NCBI GenBank assembly: GCA_020846145.1
Contig: JADLEL010000154.1
Location: 11,680 to 75,679, forward strand
Reading direction: 5' to 3'
DNA length: 64,000 bases
Source: Pirellulales bacterium
GTDB lineage: Bacteria; Planctomycetota; Planctomycetia; Pirellulales; Thermoguttaceae
Every line of letters begins with the position of its first letter. The stretch's first letter is position 1. The notes under the pieces were generated by a model. It was not told the origin of the DNA. It ran no database searches and was given only the letters and a program-made list of their open reading frames with translations. Made by a program: the position numbers and the translations under genes. Of the stretch, positions 18,031 to 27,887 are shown in pieces.

Positions 18031-18087
18031 AATGCTCGCGGAACCGCCCGCGCCGCCTTGAACGGCGCGCCGTCGCAAGCGTAACAA

Positions 18088-18118
18088 CCCACGCGCCGAA
18101 AAATCGCGTGGGTTTTTT
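18088..18118 (+). terminator. intrinsic terminator
   Basis: CCCACGCG-loop-CGCGTGGG followed by TTTTTT, downstream of CDS 17479..18030. Confidence 0.75.
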
Positions 18119-18125
18119 CGTCGGC

Positions 18126-19430
18126 TCATTTTGCCGGCGCGAGCGGGATGCCGGCCTTCTCGAACGCCTCCAAGATCCGCACGGTGAGCCGTTCGGTATG
18201 CTGGTTGAACTCCGCGGCTTTCGCCGGGACGTACCAGTAGGCGATCGCCAGTTGCAAATTATTGTTGACGATCTCCCCGCAGGTAACCTGCGGCGCGCTC
18301 GCTTCGCCGTTGATTCGCGGGTGGATCGGCTCGCGGAATTCCTCGCTTTCCAGCAACTCGCGCGCGATCGCCGCCGCCTGCTTCAGCTTTTCCGCCGGCG
18401 TGTTGGACGGAAGATTGATCGTTAAATTCCGCCGGATGCCCGGCCGGCGGCTGATGTTCTCGATGGGGCTGTTCACCACGTTGGCGTTGGGGATGCTCAC
18501 CAGATGCCCGGCCCCCGTGCGGACCTTCGTCGAGCGGAAGCCGATGTCCTCGATCACCCCCTCGTAGCCCGTGCAGATGATGCGGTCGCCGATTTTGAAC
18601 GGTCGGTCGAGGATGATGGTGATCGAGCCGAAGAGGTTTTTCAGCGAATCCTGCGCGGCCAGCGAGACCGCGATGCCGGCGATCCCCAAGCCTGCCAGCC
18701 ACGCGCCGATGTCCTGCCCGAACACGTCCTTGAAGACGTACATCACCGTGAGGATGAGGAGGAACACGCGCAGCGTCCGCCGCACGAGGGGCGCGACTTG
18801 CTTGTCCAGCGCGGAGGCCGAGTTGCGGCTCAAATGCCGCAACAGCGGATCGATCATCCCGATTAGGTTGTAGGCGTACCAGAAAACCGAGAGGGTGAAC
18901 AGCAAATGGATGACCTGGGCGGCGAATTCCTCGAGCGATTCGCCCAGCGTCAGCCAATGCAGGCCCACGAAGATGCCCAACGTCACCAGCGCGAGATTGG
19001 CCGGTCCGGCCATGTCGGAAAAGAATTTCGCGATCACGCCTTCCTTGCCCGACGCCACGCGGAGGAGGAGGACGGAAACGATTTTCCCCAAAACCATGCC
19101 GGCGAAGATATACCCCAAGAGCCACAGCCAGGCGACGATGCCGTTTTTTCGCCAAAGCAGTTCGGGATCGAGTTTCGCGAGGATACTCGAAAACTGTTCG
19201 CCCACCGACGCGCCGCTCGGCGGAGCTTTCGCCCCTTTTTCCGGGGCCTCCGTCGATTCGGCCGCCGCCTCTTTGGCCGCGATTTCCGCCGCCGCCGGTT
19301 GCTCGGCCGGCGGCGATTCGACAGCCGGCTGCTGGACGGGCGTCTGCGCAGGGCAGCAGGCCGGGCAGACCCCCATTAGTATGACGGGGATGACAATCAC
19401 GCAAAGGCAGGAATATGGCGTTCGTTTCAT
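18126..19430 (-). CDS. mechanosensitive ion channel (MscS family)
   Basis: LFGSITIILDRPFKIGDRI...GVIEDIGFRSTKVRT...HLVSIPNANV is typical of the MscS beta-domain. Multiple TM helices and a signal-like N-terminus. ATG at 19430 lies within track ORF ..19541. Confidence 0.85.
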   Translation of the reverse strand: MKRTPYSCLCVIVIPVILMGVCPACCPAQTPVQQPAVESPPAEQPAAAEIAAKEAAAESTEAPEKGAKAPPSGASVGEQFSSILAKLDPELLWRKNGIVAWLWLLGYIFAGMVLGKIVSVLLLRVASGKEGVIAKFFSDMAGPANLALVTLGIFVGLHWLTLGESLEEFAAQVIHLLFTLSVFWYAYNLIGMIDPLLRHLSRNSASALDKQVAPLVRRTLRVFLLILTVMYVFKDVFGQDIGAWLAGLGIAGIAVSLAAQDSLKNLFGSITIILDRPFKIGDRIICTGYEGVIEDIGFRSTKVRTGAGHLVSIPNANVVNSPIENISRRPGIRRNLTINLPSNTPAEKLKQAAAIARELLESEEFREPIHPRINGEASAPQVTCGEIVNNNLQLAIAYWYVPAKAAEFNQHTERLTVRILEAFEKAGIPLAPAK

Positions 19431-19544
19431 AGGCGGAATCATAGCGAATTGTGCGAAATACCGCAACGGAAAAACCGGCATCCTTCCGGCCCTCGGAATC
19501 CCGCCGGGAAGTCTGCAAAGTGTTTGTTTAAGGTGCGACACGTT

Positions 19545-19578
19545 GGAAAGCCGCGACCATTGGTCGCGGTTCGCGGGA
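19545..19578. repeat. palindromic repeat family B
   Basis: GGAAAGCCGCGACCATTGGTCGCGGTTCGCGGGA. Confidence 0.85.
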
Positions 19579-19646
19579 GACGGGACTGCCTACCCTCTTG
19601 ATTGAAAAAATTGTGCGGACCTCCTGGCACGGACCGCGGTTGCGGT

Positions 19647-20942
19647 TCAATCGAAACGGACCGACCAGAGATAGCTCGACCGTTCGTGGTGGTCGTTTTC
19701 GCCGAGATAGACGCGGCCGCGGTCGTCCACGGCCAGATCGTGAATTCGCGCCGGGCGCTGGCCGAGCGATTCATCCGCCAAGTCGGAGTAGGATTCGATC
19801 CGGTCGCCGCCGACGTTCCAGCGGAGTAGTTGGGTATGGCCGTTCATGCCGCCGGCGCCGTAGAGCACGCCGTCGCGGAGCGCCAAGGCGGGAAAACGGC
19901 CCGTGGCGATGGCGTTGGCGATCTTCTCCACGGTCCCCGTTTCGGAATCGATGCGGCACAACACGCCGGCCACCGTGCCCGCGTAGATAAAACGTTCGCC
20001 GTCGTAGGCCATCGAATCGCAGAAGCCGAAGTCCTGGGGATGCCGCGTCTCGGCGAGCGCGTGCGGGACCGCACCGGCGTCGGCGGGGTCGTCGAGCAAT
20101 CGTTTCTTCTCGTTCCGCCGCGGCAGCCCGTAATCGAAACAGACCAACTCGTCCCGGTCGGGATGGTACTTGAAGAGCCGCACGGGATGGGGGCCGAGCC
20201 GTTCATCCCAAGCGCGGGTTTCGGCCATCGTGCCCCAGAGCCAGCCGCGGCAATCAACGACCGCGTTGTGGGGTTGGGCGAAGAGGATGGCGTTCCCGAG
20301 ATAGGCTACCAAGTCGGAGTGCTTCGCAGCGAGGTCCGTCTTGTACACGGCTTCGGCCGGATAGGTGAAGCCGTAAAGGAGGTTCCGCCGCCAGTCCGCG
20401 GCGATGGATTGCAGGTACAGCCGCGGCGCGGGCACGGCCAGCAATTCGTACGTGCCTTGGGCCGGATCGAACCGCATCAGTTTGCCGCCGGCCGCCGCCT
20501 GCTGCCGATCCATGTCGTGCAGCATCGAGGTGCCGAAGTACAGGCAGCCGTCGCGCGGATTGTGCAACAGGGTGCGGTGAATCTTCACGTCGAATTCGTC
20601 GGCCCATTGCCTGGAGTTCAAGCACTCGAACCGTTCGCTCTCGGGATCGAAGCGGTAGAGCAGATCGCCGTCGAGGGAATTCAGGCCGCAGTAGATTTTC
20701 CGGTCGTCGGGATTGAAGGCGACGGCGTCGAAGCTGATCCAGCCGTGAGACCATGTCGGATCGGCGGCCAGTTCGCGGTAGGACCAGCGGCCGACGATTT
20801 TATCCCGCCAGCCTTCGAGTTTCACGTTTCGCAAGATGTGGGCTTTGACTATCATGGAGTATTTCGCTTCCGCTTCGAGCGAGGTGTTTACCGAATCCAT
20901 TTTAATCCGCCGGGAAAGTCTCCGATACCCTCGATCGCACAT
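19647..20942 (-). CDS. hypothetical protein, beta-propeller-like repeats
   Basis: Long ORF with coding-like composition and repeated ...LYG/.LYF..-type strand motifs. No family recognised. Start is uncertain (20942, 20900 or 20855). Confidence 0.5.
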   Translation of the reverse strand: MCDRGYRRLSRRIKMDSVNTSLEAEAKYSMIVKAHILRNVKLEGWRDKIVGRWSYRELAADPTWSHGWISFDAVAFNPDDRKIYCGLNSLDGDLLYRFDPESERFECLNSRQWADEFDVKIHRTLLHNPRDGCLYFGTSMLHDMDRQQAAAGGKLMRFDPAQGTYELLAVPAPRLYLQSIAADWRRNLLYGFTYPAEAVYKTDLAAKHSDLVAYLGNAILFAQPHNAVVDCRGWLWGTMAETRAWDERLGPHPVRLFKYHPDRDELVCFDYGLPRRNEKKRLLDDPADAGAVPHALAETRHPQDFGFCDSMAYDGERFIYAGTVAGVLCRIDSETGTVEKIANAIATGRFPALALRDGVLYGAGGMNGHTQLLRWNVGGDRIESYSDLADESLGQRPARIHDLAVDDRGRVYLGENDHHERSSYLWSVRFD

Positions 20943-21205
20943 TTCCGCAGTTCAGGCCCCGCTCGCCCTTGCGACGCGAACGGGGGGAAGATTTGGAGAG
21001 AAACGGCGGGCGGATATGCCGACTGAGTGTCCCGCCCGCCACGCGGGAGTTGCGGGAAATCGGTTTCATCACGACAAGTTTCCCAATCGCCTTGACGGTC
21101 ATCGTCGTCCGGGCTAAGATCGGAAGCGTTGCGATCGATCATCGGGAGTCGGCAGAAATGCCGCAACAGTCTTGGTTCGATCTTCACTTTTATCCATTTC
21201 CTAAC

Positions 21206-22303
21206 ATGACGCCGCGGGAGCGACAATTGGCGGCGATTCGACGGGAGCCGGCCGACCGGATTTCGTTGGATGCGATCTGCATCGAGAATATCCCGCGGAT
21301 CGTCGCGTATCTGGGCATGAAAGAGCCTGGCCCGAACGAATTCGCGGTGGAGGGCTGCGACGGCGGATTCGCGCACCTTCAGTATCTGAAGTCCGATCTC
21401 GATCCGCTGTACGATCGCTTGGGCATCGACGGGCGGGTCATTCAAGCGGTTTACCGCGGCCGGAAGCGGGTGAACGCCGCCGGACAAACGCTTTCGGAAT
21501 GGGGGACGCTGCCGGGCACGGTTTACGGCTCCTCGCACGCGTATCCGCTGACGAACGTGGCGAGCGTTGCCCAGGCCGAGCGGTTCCCCTGGCCCGACGC
21601 CGCGGAGTACGATTATGCGTTCGCGGCAGCCTGCGCCCGGCGATGGTCGGCCAAGTACGCCATTCGCGGTCCGTATTGGAAACCGCTGTTTTGCCAGGTC
21701 TGCGCGCTCGTCGGCATGGAAGAGGCCCTGGTGAAGATGGTGGCGGAGCCGGCCGTTTTCGAGGCCCTGCTCGATGGCGTGTTCCGGCACGTCGCCGAGT
21801 ATTGCCGCCGCTTCCTCGACGCCTGCGGCGACGATCTGCCGATTCTCTACCTGGCCGACGACTTCGCCGGCCAGCGCGGAATGATCGTTTCGCCGGCGCT
21901 GTGGCGGAAGATGCTGAAACCCCGGCTGGCGAAACTCTTCGAACTCGGCAAGCGGCGGGGAAAACTCGTCTGGTTCCATTCCTGCGGCGACATCACCGCG
22001 GTGCTGCCCGACCTGATCGAGATCGGAATGGACGTCTGGGAGACGGTGCAATTGCACGCGCTGCCGATCTCGGCGGAAAAGCTGAAGGCGGAATTCGGCA
22101 AGCACGTTACATTTTTCGGCGGGATCAACACGCAGCGGTTGCCCTTCGCCGCGCCGGAGGAGATCCGCCGCGAAGTGCGGTCGCGAATCGCAACGCTCGG
22201 CCGGGACGGGGGGTATATTTGCGGACCGGACCATGCGATCAAGCCCGACGTGCCCCCGGAAAATCTGCTGGCGCTGTTCGATGCGGCGCGTGGAGAAGAT
22301 TGA
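21206..22303 (+). CDS. uroporphyrinogen decarboxylase (URO-D) family protein
   Basis: N-terminus MTPRERQLAAIRREPADRISLD and C-terminal HSCGDITAVLPDLIEIGMDVWETVQ...FFGGINTQ resemble URO-D/MtaA-like enzymes. An alternative ATG lies at 21158. Confidence 0.65.
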   Translation: MTPRERQLAAIRREPADRISLDAICIENIPRIVAYLGMKEPGPNEFAVEGCDGGFAHLQYLKSDLDPLYDRLGIDGRVIQAVYRGRKRVNAAGQTLSEWGTLPGTVYGSSHAYPLTNVASVAQAERFPWPDAAEYDYAFAAACARRWSAKYAIRGPYWKPLFCQVCALVGMEEALVKMVAEPAVFEALLDGVFRHVAEYCRRFLDACGDDLPILYLADDFAGQRGMIVSPALWRKMLKPRLAKLFELGKRRGKLVWFHSCGDITAVLPDLIEIGMDVWETVQLHALPISAEKLKAEFGKHVTFFGGINTQRLPFAAPEEIRREVRSRIATLGRDGGYICGPDHAIKPDVPPENLLALFDAARGED

Positions 22304-22357
22304 ATCGAGAGCGCCGCGCCAAAGCGAGCGAGCAGGATGATAGGGACGCGGGGGGAA

Positions 22358-22383
22358 GCACTGGCAGGATGCCAGTGGCACAC
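22358..22383. repeat. palindromic repeat family C, intergenic
   Basis: GCACTGGCAGGATGCCAGTGGCACAC. Confidence 0.85.
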
Positions 22384-22663
22384 GGCGTTTTGGTCGATAC
22401 GGAACGGCTGTTTTTCGAAGCCATCGGCCCGATGTCAAACTCGGCCATCCCTCATGTGCCTGCGGCATCCCGATAGCAGAGCTATCAGGGCTACCGGCGT
22501 TCCGCACACGGGGACGAGCGGCGAAAATCGATCGGCTTGCCGATCGAACGGATCGAATGAGTGCAATGCCTCTTGGGCGTTCGCCCACCGGTTTGAAAAC
22601 CGGTGCCACCCTGCGGGCTTTTCAACGGATTGGGGTAAATTTTCCATTGGAACTGCTCCTTGC

Positions 22664-23611
22664 TCATTCGCACCCACGAGATTCAATCGTGCATTTGGGA
22701 TGCTGCCTTGCAAACTTGGCAATGGCGGCTTTCGATACTTTCGTATTAGACACATTTAGCTCTTGAATATTTGGCATTTTATTGAGGTAGTCCAAGGCAA
22801 CATCCGTAATTTGCGTCATTTCTAAATTGATCTTCTTCAACGAGGTAACTTCTGACAAATGCATTACCCCGTCGTCGCTAACAGTTGTGTGATATAAGAG
22901 AACTTCTTCAAGTCTTGGCAACTGTTTTAGATGCCGAAGCCCTTCGTCGGTGAATTTGCTTCCGTTTAGATATAAATGCGTAAGACCTTTGAGCGATTCA
23001 ATTTGCTCCAATCCTTTGTCGGTGATATTCACTCCTGTTATCATCAAATTGGTGAGCTTTGGTAACTTTGCCAAATCGGGGATAGCGGCATCAGTGATTT
23101 TCGTTTCGCCAAGGTTCAGATGATACAAATTTGGGAGGTTGCAAATGTGCTTTACACCAGCATCGGTTATCGAGGTCTCAGTAAGTATCAAACGTTGCAA
23201 CTTGTTCAATGAACGCAAATGGGCTAAACCAGCATCCGAGACTTTCGTTCTTTCGAGTCCAACTCCCTGAAGCTCCTTCAATCGCCCGATGAGCGGCATC
23301 ACTTCGTCACCGACTTTCAAATCTTTTAAATAGACAAACCCAACTTCGAGGATGCAGTCTTCACCAAACAGACTGATCCCCCACTTGCGAAAGAAGGACT
23401 CTTTTCCTGGAAAATATAGAGCAAATTGGACATTTGCTCCAACTTTTCTTAGTTCTGCGACTGTTTCTCCTCTTTGCCGAAAATAATAAACCGTAATGCT
23501 ACAGAAAATAGCGAAAAGCGTCATGGAGATGAGCAGCGACCGCAGGCTGTACTGATACCAGCGAAGCCTCCGCACCACCGGCTTTTCAACGGATTCAGGA
23601 GAATTTTCCAT
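22664..23611 (-). CDS. leucine-rich repeat protein with N-terminal membrane anchor
   Basis: About 9 tandem ~24-aa LRRs (L..L..L.L..T.ITDAGL..L). N-terminal TM helix LLISMTLFAIFCSITVYYF. The region is visibly AT-rich. Confidence 0.8.
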   Translation of the reverse strand: MENSPESVEKPVVRRLRWYQYSLRSLLISMTLFAIFCSITVYYFRQRGETVAELRKVGANVQFALYFPGKESFFRKWGISLFGEDCILEVGFVYLKDLKVGDEVMPLIGRLKELQGVGLERTKVSDAGLAHLRSLNKLQRLILTETSITDAGVKHICNLPNLYHLNLGETKITDAAIPDLAKLPKLTNLMITGVNITDKGLEQIESLKGLTHLYLNGSKFTDEGLRHLKQLPRLEEVLLYHTTVSDDGVMHLSEVTSLKKINLEMTQITDVALDYLNKMPNIQELNVSNTKVSKAAIAKFARQHPKCTIESRGCE

Positions 23612-23771
23612 CGGAACCGCTCCTTGCTCTCCGAAATTGTAGCCACCGACAGTGGTGGGACGCAAGAGGAATGAAAAAGTCATAGTTCTTGCCTTGAACC
23701 GCTGTTGCGATGAACTAAGCAGGAGGGGGCACGAACCGAATATCGGTGTTAAAGCAATTTGGAGGCGCGAC

Positions 23772-26612
23772 CTAATTTCGGGGGCGGGGGATGCGGCCGA
23801 GGATTCGCTCCGGGCGCCGCCGACTATATGCCAGCAAGCCGATTGCAGCCATGCCGAGGAGGACTAGGGTGGAACATTCGGGGACGGCTTGCGATGCTCC
23901 CGCGCTGCCGATGTAAAGCGCATTCACCTGGATGCTTTCGGCCGTGAGGGCGCCGAGAACGGCAAGGGAGTGGCTGCCGGTGATGCTATCGGAGATGGTC
24001 AATGCCCCCGGACCGCTAATGAGGGTGTCGTTCTCGATGATCACCGGCGCGTCGATGGCATGGCTTCCGGCCACGTCGATCGTCGAGGCGTTGCCGTTGT
24101 TATCCAAGGTAAGACTGAATCCGCCGGCGCTCTGAATGGTCGTGCCGGTCCCGGCATGAAAGACGAGGCTGCCGACGGTGCGGTTGGCCGAGTCGATATT
24201 CACCACATTGCCGGCGGCGTCCTGATCGCCGAAGACGACCTTGATTCCGGCGCCGTCCGGGACAACTGTGCCGGGGATCCAATTTTCGGTCAGGCTCCAG
24301 GAGGTTGGGGCCGAAGTCGCGCCGCCTTTCCAGGTGGCGGTGAGGACGTCGGGCAGGAGCTTGGTATCCGGGACCAGGATGATCGCGCGGAGCATCGATT
24401 CGTCGCCGAACAGGTTTCCCGATCCGTTATTGCCCAGCACGAAATCTACAATGCTGCCGCCGAAGATGGCCGCGTCGAAATCGAAGTAGGTTTCGGGCAA
24501 GGTCGGGCCGGCGGCGGCGGAGAAGCGGAGCGCGCCATCCACATAGATGTAGAAATCGATGCCGTCGCTGTTGTTGATGAGGTTCCGCACCGACCCGTTG
24601 ATGTTGGCCAATCCCGCGGAGGATTCGCCCGCGATCCAGCGGGCGACGGCGAAGGGCATCGCCGCGCTGCCGGCAAAAGCGCCGCTGGCGACCGTGCCCG
24701 CGGGATGCAGGGCCAATTCGTGATAGCCCGCTGCGCCCTGCACGCCGAGATTGTTGCCGCCGTCCGAAAAAAGGTACTGGTCGGAGATGGCGGCCAGATT
24801 GTGGCCGTTCTGTCCCCCGCCGTAGCCCTGATGCCCCGCGTTGCCGACGCCGCCGAAAACCAGCAACGCGGTCGTGGTTCCCGGACTCGAGAGGTCGGCC
24901 TTGCTCGACGACAGATAGAGCCACTGGCCGTCGCCCGCCGTATCGGGAAGACCGGCGAGCGCGAAGTCGTGGCCGGTTCGATAATTCGCGCCTAAGTCGG
25001 CGGCGGTCCGCAGCGCCACGGCGCCGGGCGCGCCATACCAGTAAGTCGCGGCCCCGTAATCCACCTGGGTCTCGTTCCAATGCCACATTTCCATATCGAA
25101 CTTGAACGACTCGTCGAAGGGGATCGCATCCAGCCCGCGAACGCGCGAGTTGACGGTCCGGCCGTTGGCGGTGTTGTTGCCGGCGCCGATCGGCTGGGCG
25201 ATAAAGGCCTTATCGACGAAGGTGTTCGTGTGGCACCACGCATAGCCGTAATAGTCTTCGGAACCGGTGCCGAAGTGGACGGGCCGAGCGTTGCCGCCCG
25301 ATCCGTTGGCGTCGAGGTAATCGACGTAAACCTTTTCGTCGCCTTCCCCCCACCAGCCGCTGGAGCCGTTGCGGACGGAGAGCGTATCGCCCACATACGC
25401 GCCGCGACCGCGGACCGTCAGCGAGCGGAAATCGGCCGTGCCGCTGGCGGCCCGCGTTTTGATGTTCTTTTCCTCGCGGAAGTTGGCATGAAAGTGCATC
25501 GAGTCGGCATTCCAGGCCCAACTGCCCGAATCGACCTTCAAGAGCGCGACGTTCACGTTCTGGCTCCCTTCATTGACGAGGCGGACCTGCGACGAACTTT
25601 GGTAGGGCATGACCCAACGCGCCGTCATCGTGCCATCGGCGGCCACGGTCCGGTAAAAATCCTCGAAGGTGTTATAGGGTTTGGCCGCACTGCCGTCGCC
25701 GTTGCCAAAAAAGTGTCCCAAGGGCACGCGCGCGGTCCGTTGCCCGTCGAACGTCAGTTCCAGGTAGGTGTCGCGGAGCGCGGCCGCCTGATCGGCTCCG
25801 GCGACCTTGACCTGGAGTTGCCGGATGGCGCCGGCATTGCCGAGACTATAGGTGAGATTCTGGCCGGTCGCCAGATTTACGTTGGCGTCGGTATGCTGGA
25901 GATTCACGTTGCCGGTAACCGTGGGCGTGGCCAGCGCCGCATTGGCGGCATTCCGTTGGGCGGAATAAGAGGTCGGATCGCCGGCGGAATAGCTTTGCAC
26001 CGTTGCCCCGGAATCGTATTTGCGATAGTTGATGTTGTAGTACACCGGCGGGCTGGAGGCCAGGCTGCCGCGATAGGTTACTTTCACGCTTTGCGAATAG
26101 GGGATCGGCGCATAGAGGTTGATGCCGCACGAATTCGGACTGGACGCATAGACGCGCGACTTGAAGGAAAGCTCCGCGCCGAAATTGTTGTTTTCGCCCA
26201 GCAAGGTCCGCATCGGTCCGGCAAGCACCGGCGTCGCGGCACCATCCACATAGACGCGGATCTCGCCGTCGGTGGCGCTGCTGCCGGTCATCCACCAGCG
26301 GGCGATCGCTCCCGGCCCCGTGTCGCTGAGCATGATGTATTCGGTCTGGCCGTCCACCACTTCCGTCCCCCAAAACTTGGAGGCGTCTCCGTTGGCGAAG
26401 TTGGCCGGGGCGCCCAGGCTGGTCGAATTGCGGTCGTGGCTGCTCGCCTGCAACAAGTCGTAGGTTTGGCCCGAGTAGGAAGACATGGCCAACCGGTCGC
26501 GGTCAACCAGTTCATTTAACATCGTTCCGAACGTGGTCTGAGCGATTGCCGTCGCCGCTCCCAAAAGAGCGATCGCAACGGCGAAACAAACGAAATGCGA
26601 GAGACGCTTCAT
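23772..26612 (-). CDS. DUF2961/GH172-like domain protein fused to beta-helix repeats and a PEP-CTERM-like anchor
   Basis: Signal peptide; GWWGEGDEKVYVD...FGTGSEDYYGY motif (DUF2961-like); C-terminal autotransporter-associated-type beta-strand repeats; terminal VPECSTLVLLGMAAIGLLAYSRRR. Confidence 0.65.
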   Translation of the reverse strand: MKRLSHFVCFAVAIALLGAATAIAQTTFGTMLNELVDRDRLAMSSYSGQTYDLLQASSHDRNSTSLGAPANFANGDASKFWGTEVVDGQTEYIMLSDTGPGAIARWWMTGSSATDGEIRVYVDGAATPVLAGPMRTLLGENNNFGAELSFKSRVYASSPNSCGINLYAPIPYSQSVKVTYRGSLASSPPVYYNINYRKYDSGATVQSYSAGDPTSYSAQRNAANAALATPTVTGNVNLQHTDANVNLATGQNLTYSLGNAGAIRQLQVKVAGADQAAALRDTYLELTFDGQRTARVPLGHFFGNGDGSAAKPYNTFEDFYRTVAADGTMTARWVMPYQSSSQVRLVNEGSQNVNVALLKVDSGSWAWNADSMHFHANFREEKNIKTRAASGTADFRSLTVRGRGAYVGDTLSVRNGSSGWWGEGDEKVYVDYLDANGSGGNARPVHFGTGSEDYYGYAWCHTNTFVDKAFIAQPIGAGNNTANGRTVNSRVRGLDAIPFDESFKFDMEMWHWNETQVDYGAATYWYGAPGAVALRTAADLGANYRTGHDFALAGLPDTAGDGQWLYLSSSKADLSSPGTTTALLVFGGVGNAGHQGYGGGQNGHNLAAISDQYLFSDGGNNLGVQGAAGYHELALHPAGTVASGAFAGSAAMPFAVARWIAGESSAGLANINGSVRNLINNSDGIDFYIYVDGALRFSAAAGPTLPETYFDFDAAIFGGSIVDFVLGNNGSGNLFGDESMLRAIILVPDTKLLPDVLTATWKGGATSAPTSWSLTENWIPGTVVPDGAGIKVVFGDQDAAGNVVNIDSANRTVGSLVFHAGTGTTIQSAGGFSLTLDNNGNASTIDVAGSHAIDAPVIIENDTLISGPGALTISDSITGSHSLAVLGALTAESIQVNALYIGSAGASQAVPECSTLVLLGMAAIGLLAYSRRRPERILGRIPRPRN

Positions 26613-26750
26613 GGGAATACAGCTTTTCGCTGCCTCCAGTCGGCTTGGAGAGGGATATTTCGCGGACGATTTTCAAAGGATGTCACAAGAAGATCGACCA
26701 GATTGTCTTTAGAATACCATACCTTCACCAAAGCGTCAATTGTTTTGCCA

Positions 26751-27755
26751 CTACGGCGATTCCCGATAGGGACGAGTTTCGCTTTCGCGGCCGAGGAGCC
26801 GGGCGGCGAGATCCACGTAGAGGAAGCCGTATTCTTTCGCCGGCTCGATCTGCAGGCAATACGCCCAATCGTTCCAGCCGGAAATGAAGATCAACTTGGG
26901 ATCGACCTCGCGCGCCTTGAGAAGCTGCTGCTCGAAGTATTTGCCGCCGGCGCGCTCTTCGACGACGGCCTTTCCGTGCGCGCGGAGTTTATCGTCATCG
27001 ACCGCCTTCTTTTTGACGTACTTGTTGATGAAGGCGTGCTCCATATAGCCGTCGGCGCCGGGATTGGCGGTCATGCACTCCTTGTCGCCCGCCGGACCGA
27101 GGTAGCGCCAGCCGGGCGTCTTCGCGCTCGACGAGATGCGGCGCATCGTGAAATACTGCTCGTACTCGGATTCGATCTTCTCCAGCGCGGGCGCGGGTCC
27201 GTTCAAATAGGTCATCACCAGCGGCTTGCCGTCGAAGCGGTAATAGCAATCGAGCGGAGCCAGATTTTTCCGCACGTATTCGAGGCCGAAGCGGTATTGC
27301 TCGGCGGTGGGATTCGAGTTCCACTTTTCGATCCAGAGCACGAGCTTCAGCTTGCGGGACTCTTTTTCCTGCCGGGACAATTCTTCGACGAGCAATTGCA
27401 GCGTTTTCTGCTTGGGTAAATCGAACAGCGTCAGTTCGGGTTGGATGCGGCACACGTCGTAGAAGATCACATCGACGCCCGCCCGCCGCAGCCACTGCAA
27501 GTGCCGGCGGATGATTTTCGGATCGTTGGTCCGGTATTCGCCGAGCAGCGGATGGAAAGGCCCGTTCCACTCGCGGATCGGCTCCCAATCGTGGCTGATG
27601 GAATCTTCGAAATGGCTGCCGTACCAAACGGCCACGGCGCCTTCGTAGCGCGTTTTTTCCGCCAGGGCAGCCGTCATGGGGGGCTGCGCTTGCAGGGCGG
27701 ATGAAGACAGAACCAGGGCGAGGATAGTACGCGTCGCGGCGAGTCGGATGCTCAT
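26751..27755 (-). CDS. secreted glycoside-hydrolase-like protein (GH99/GH71-like motifs)
   Basis: Signal peptide; WYGSHF..., LGEYRTNDPKIIRRHLQWLRRAGVDVIFYD, ISGWNDWAYCLQIEP resemble GH99-type TIM barrels. The assignment is tentative. Confidence 0.4.
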   Translation of the reverse strand: MSIRLAATRTILALVLSSSALQAQPPMTAALAEKTRYEGAVAVWYGSHFEDSISHDWEPIREWNGPFHPLLGEYRTNDPKIIRRHLQWLRRAGVDVIFYDVCRIQPELTLFDLPKQKTLQLLVEELSRQEKESRKLKLVLWIEKWNSNPTAEQYRFGLEYVRKNLAPLDCYYRFDGKPLVMTYLNGPAPALEKIESEYEQYFTMRRISSSAKTPGWRYLGPAGDKECMTANPGADGYMEHAFINKYVKKKAVDDDKLRAHGKAVVEERAGGKYFEQQLLKAREVDPKLIFISGWNDWAYCLQIEPAKEYGFLYVDLAARLLGRESETRPYRESP

Positions 27756-27853
27756 TTTCCGTTCTCTTTTCGCGGAGCAAAATCGTGGTTTCGGAGCAAG
27801 CACTTTCGCAAACGTATGGCGCGCTGGAAATCATACCATAGATCATTCCATTT

Positions 27854-27887
27854 GGAAAGCCGCAACCAGTGGTCGCGGTTCGCGGGA
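27854..27887. repeat. palindromic repeat family B
   Basis: GGAAAGCCGCAACCAGTGGTCGCGGTTCGCGGGA. Confidence 0.85.

Noticed and set aside
20888-22609. 573-aa minus-strand ORF.
   Set aside because: It is antisense to the URO-D-family gene and is Arg-rich with no domain signature. The plus frame has family motifs and a coding-like composition.
23889-26519. Plus-strand ORFs of 368 and 479 aa (23889..24995, 25080..26519), plus several 100-220-aa ORFs in the same interval.
   Set aside because: They are shadow frames of the 946-aa GH172-like/PEP-CTERM gene.
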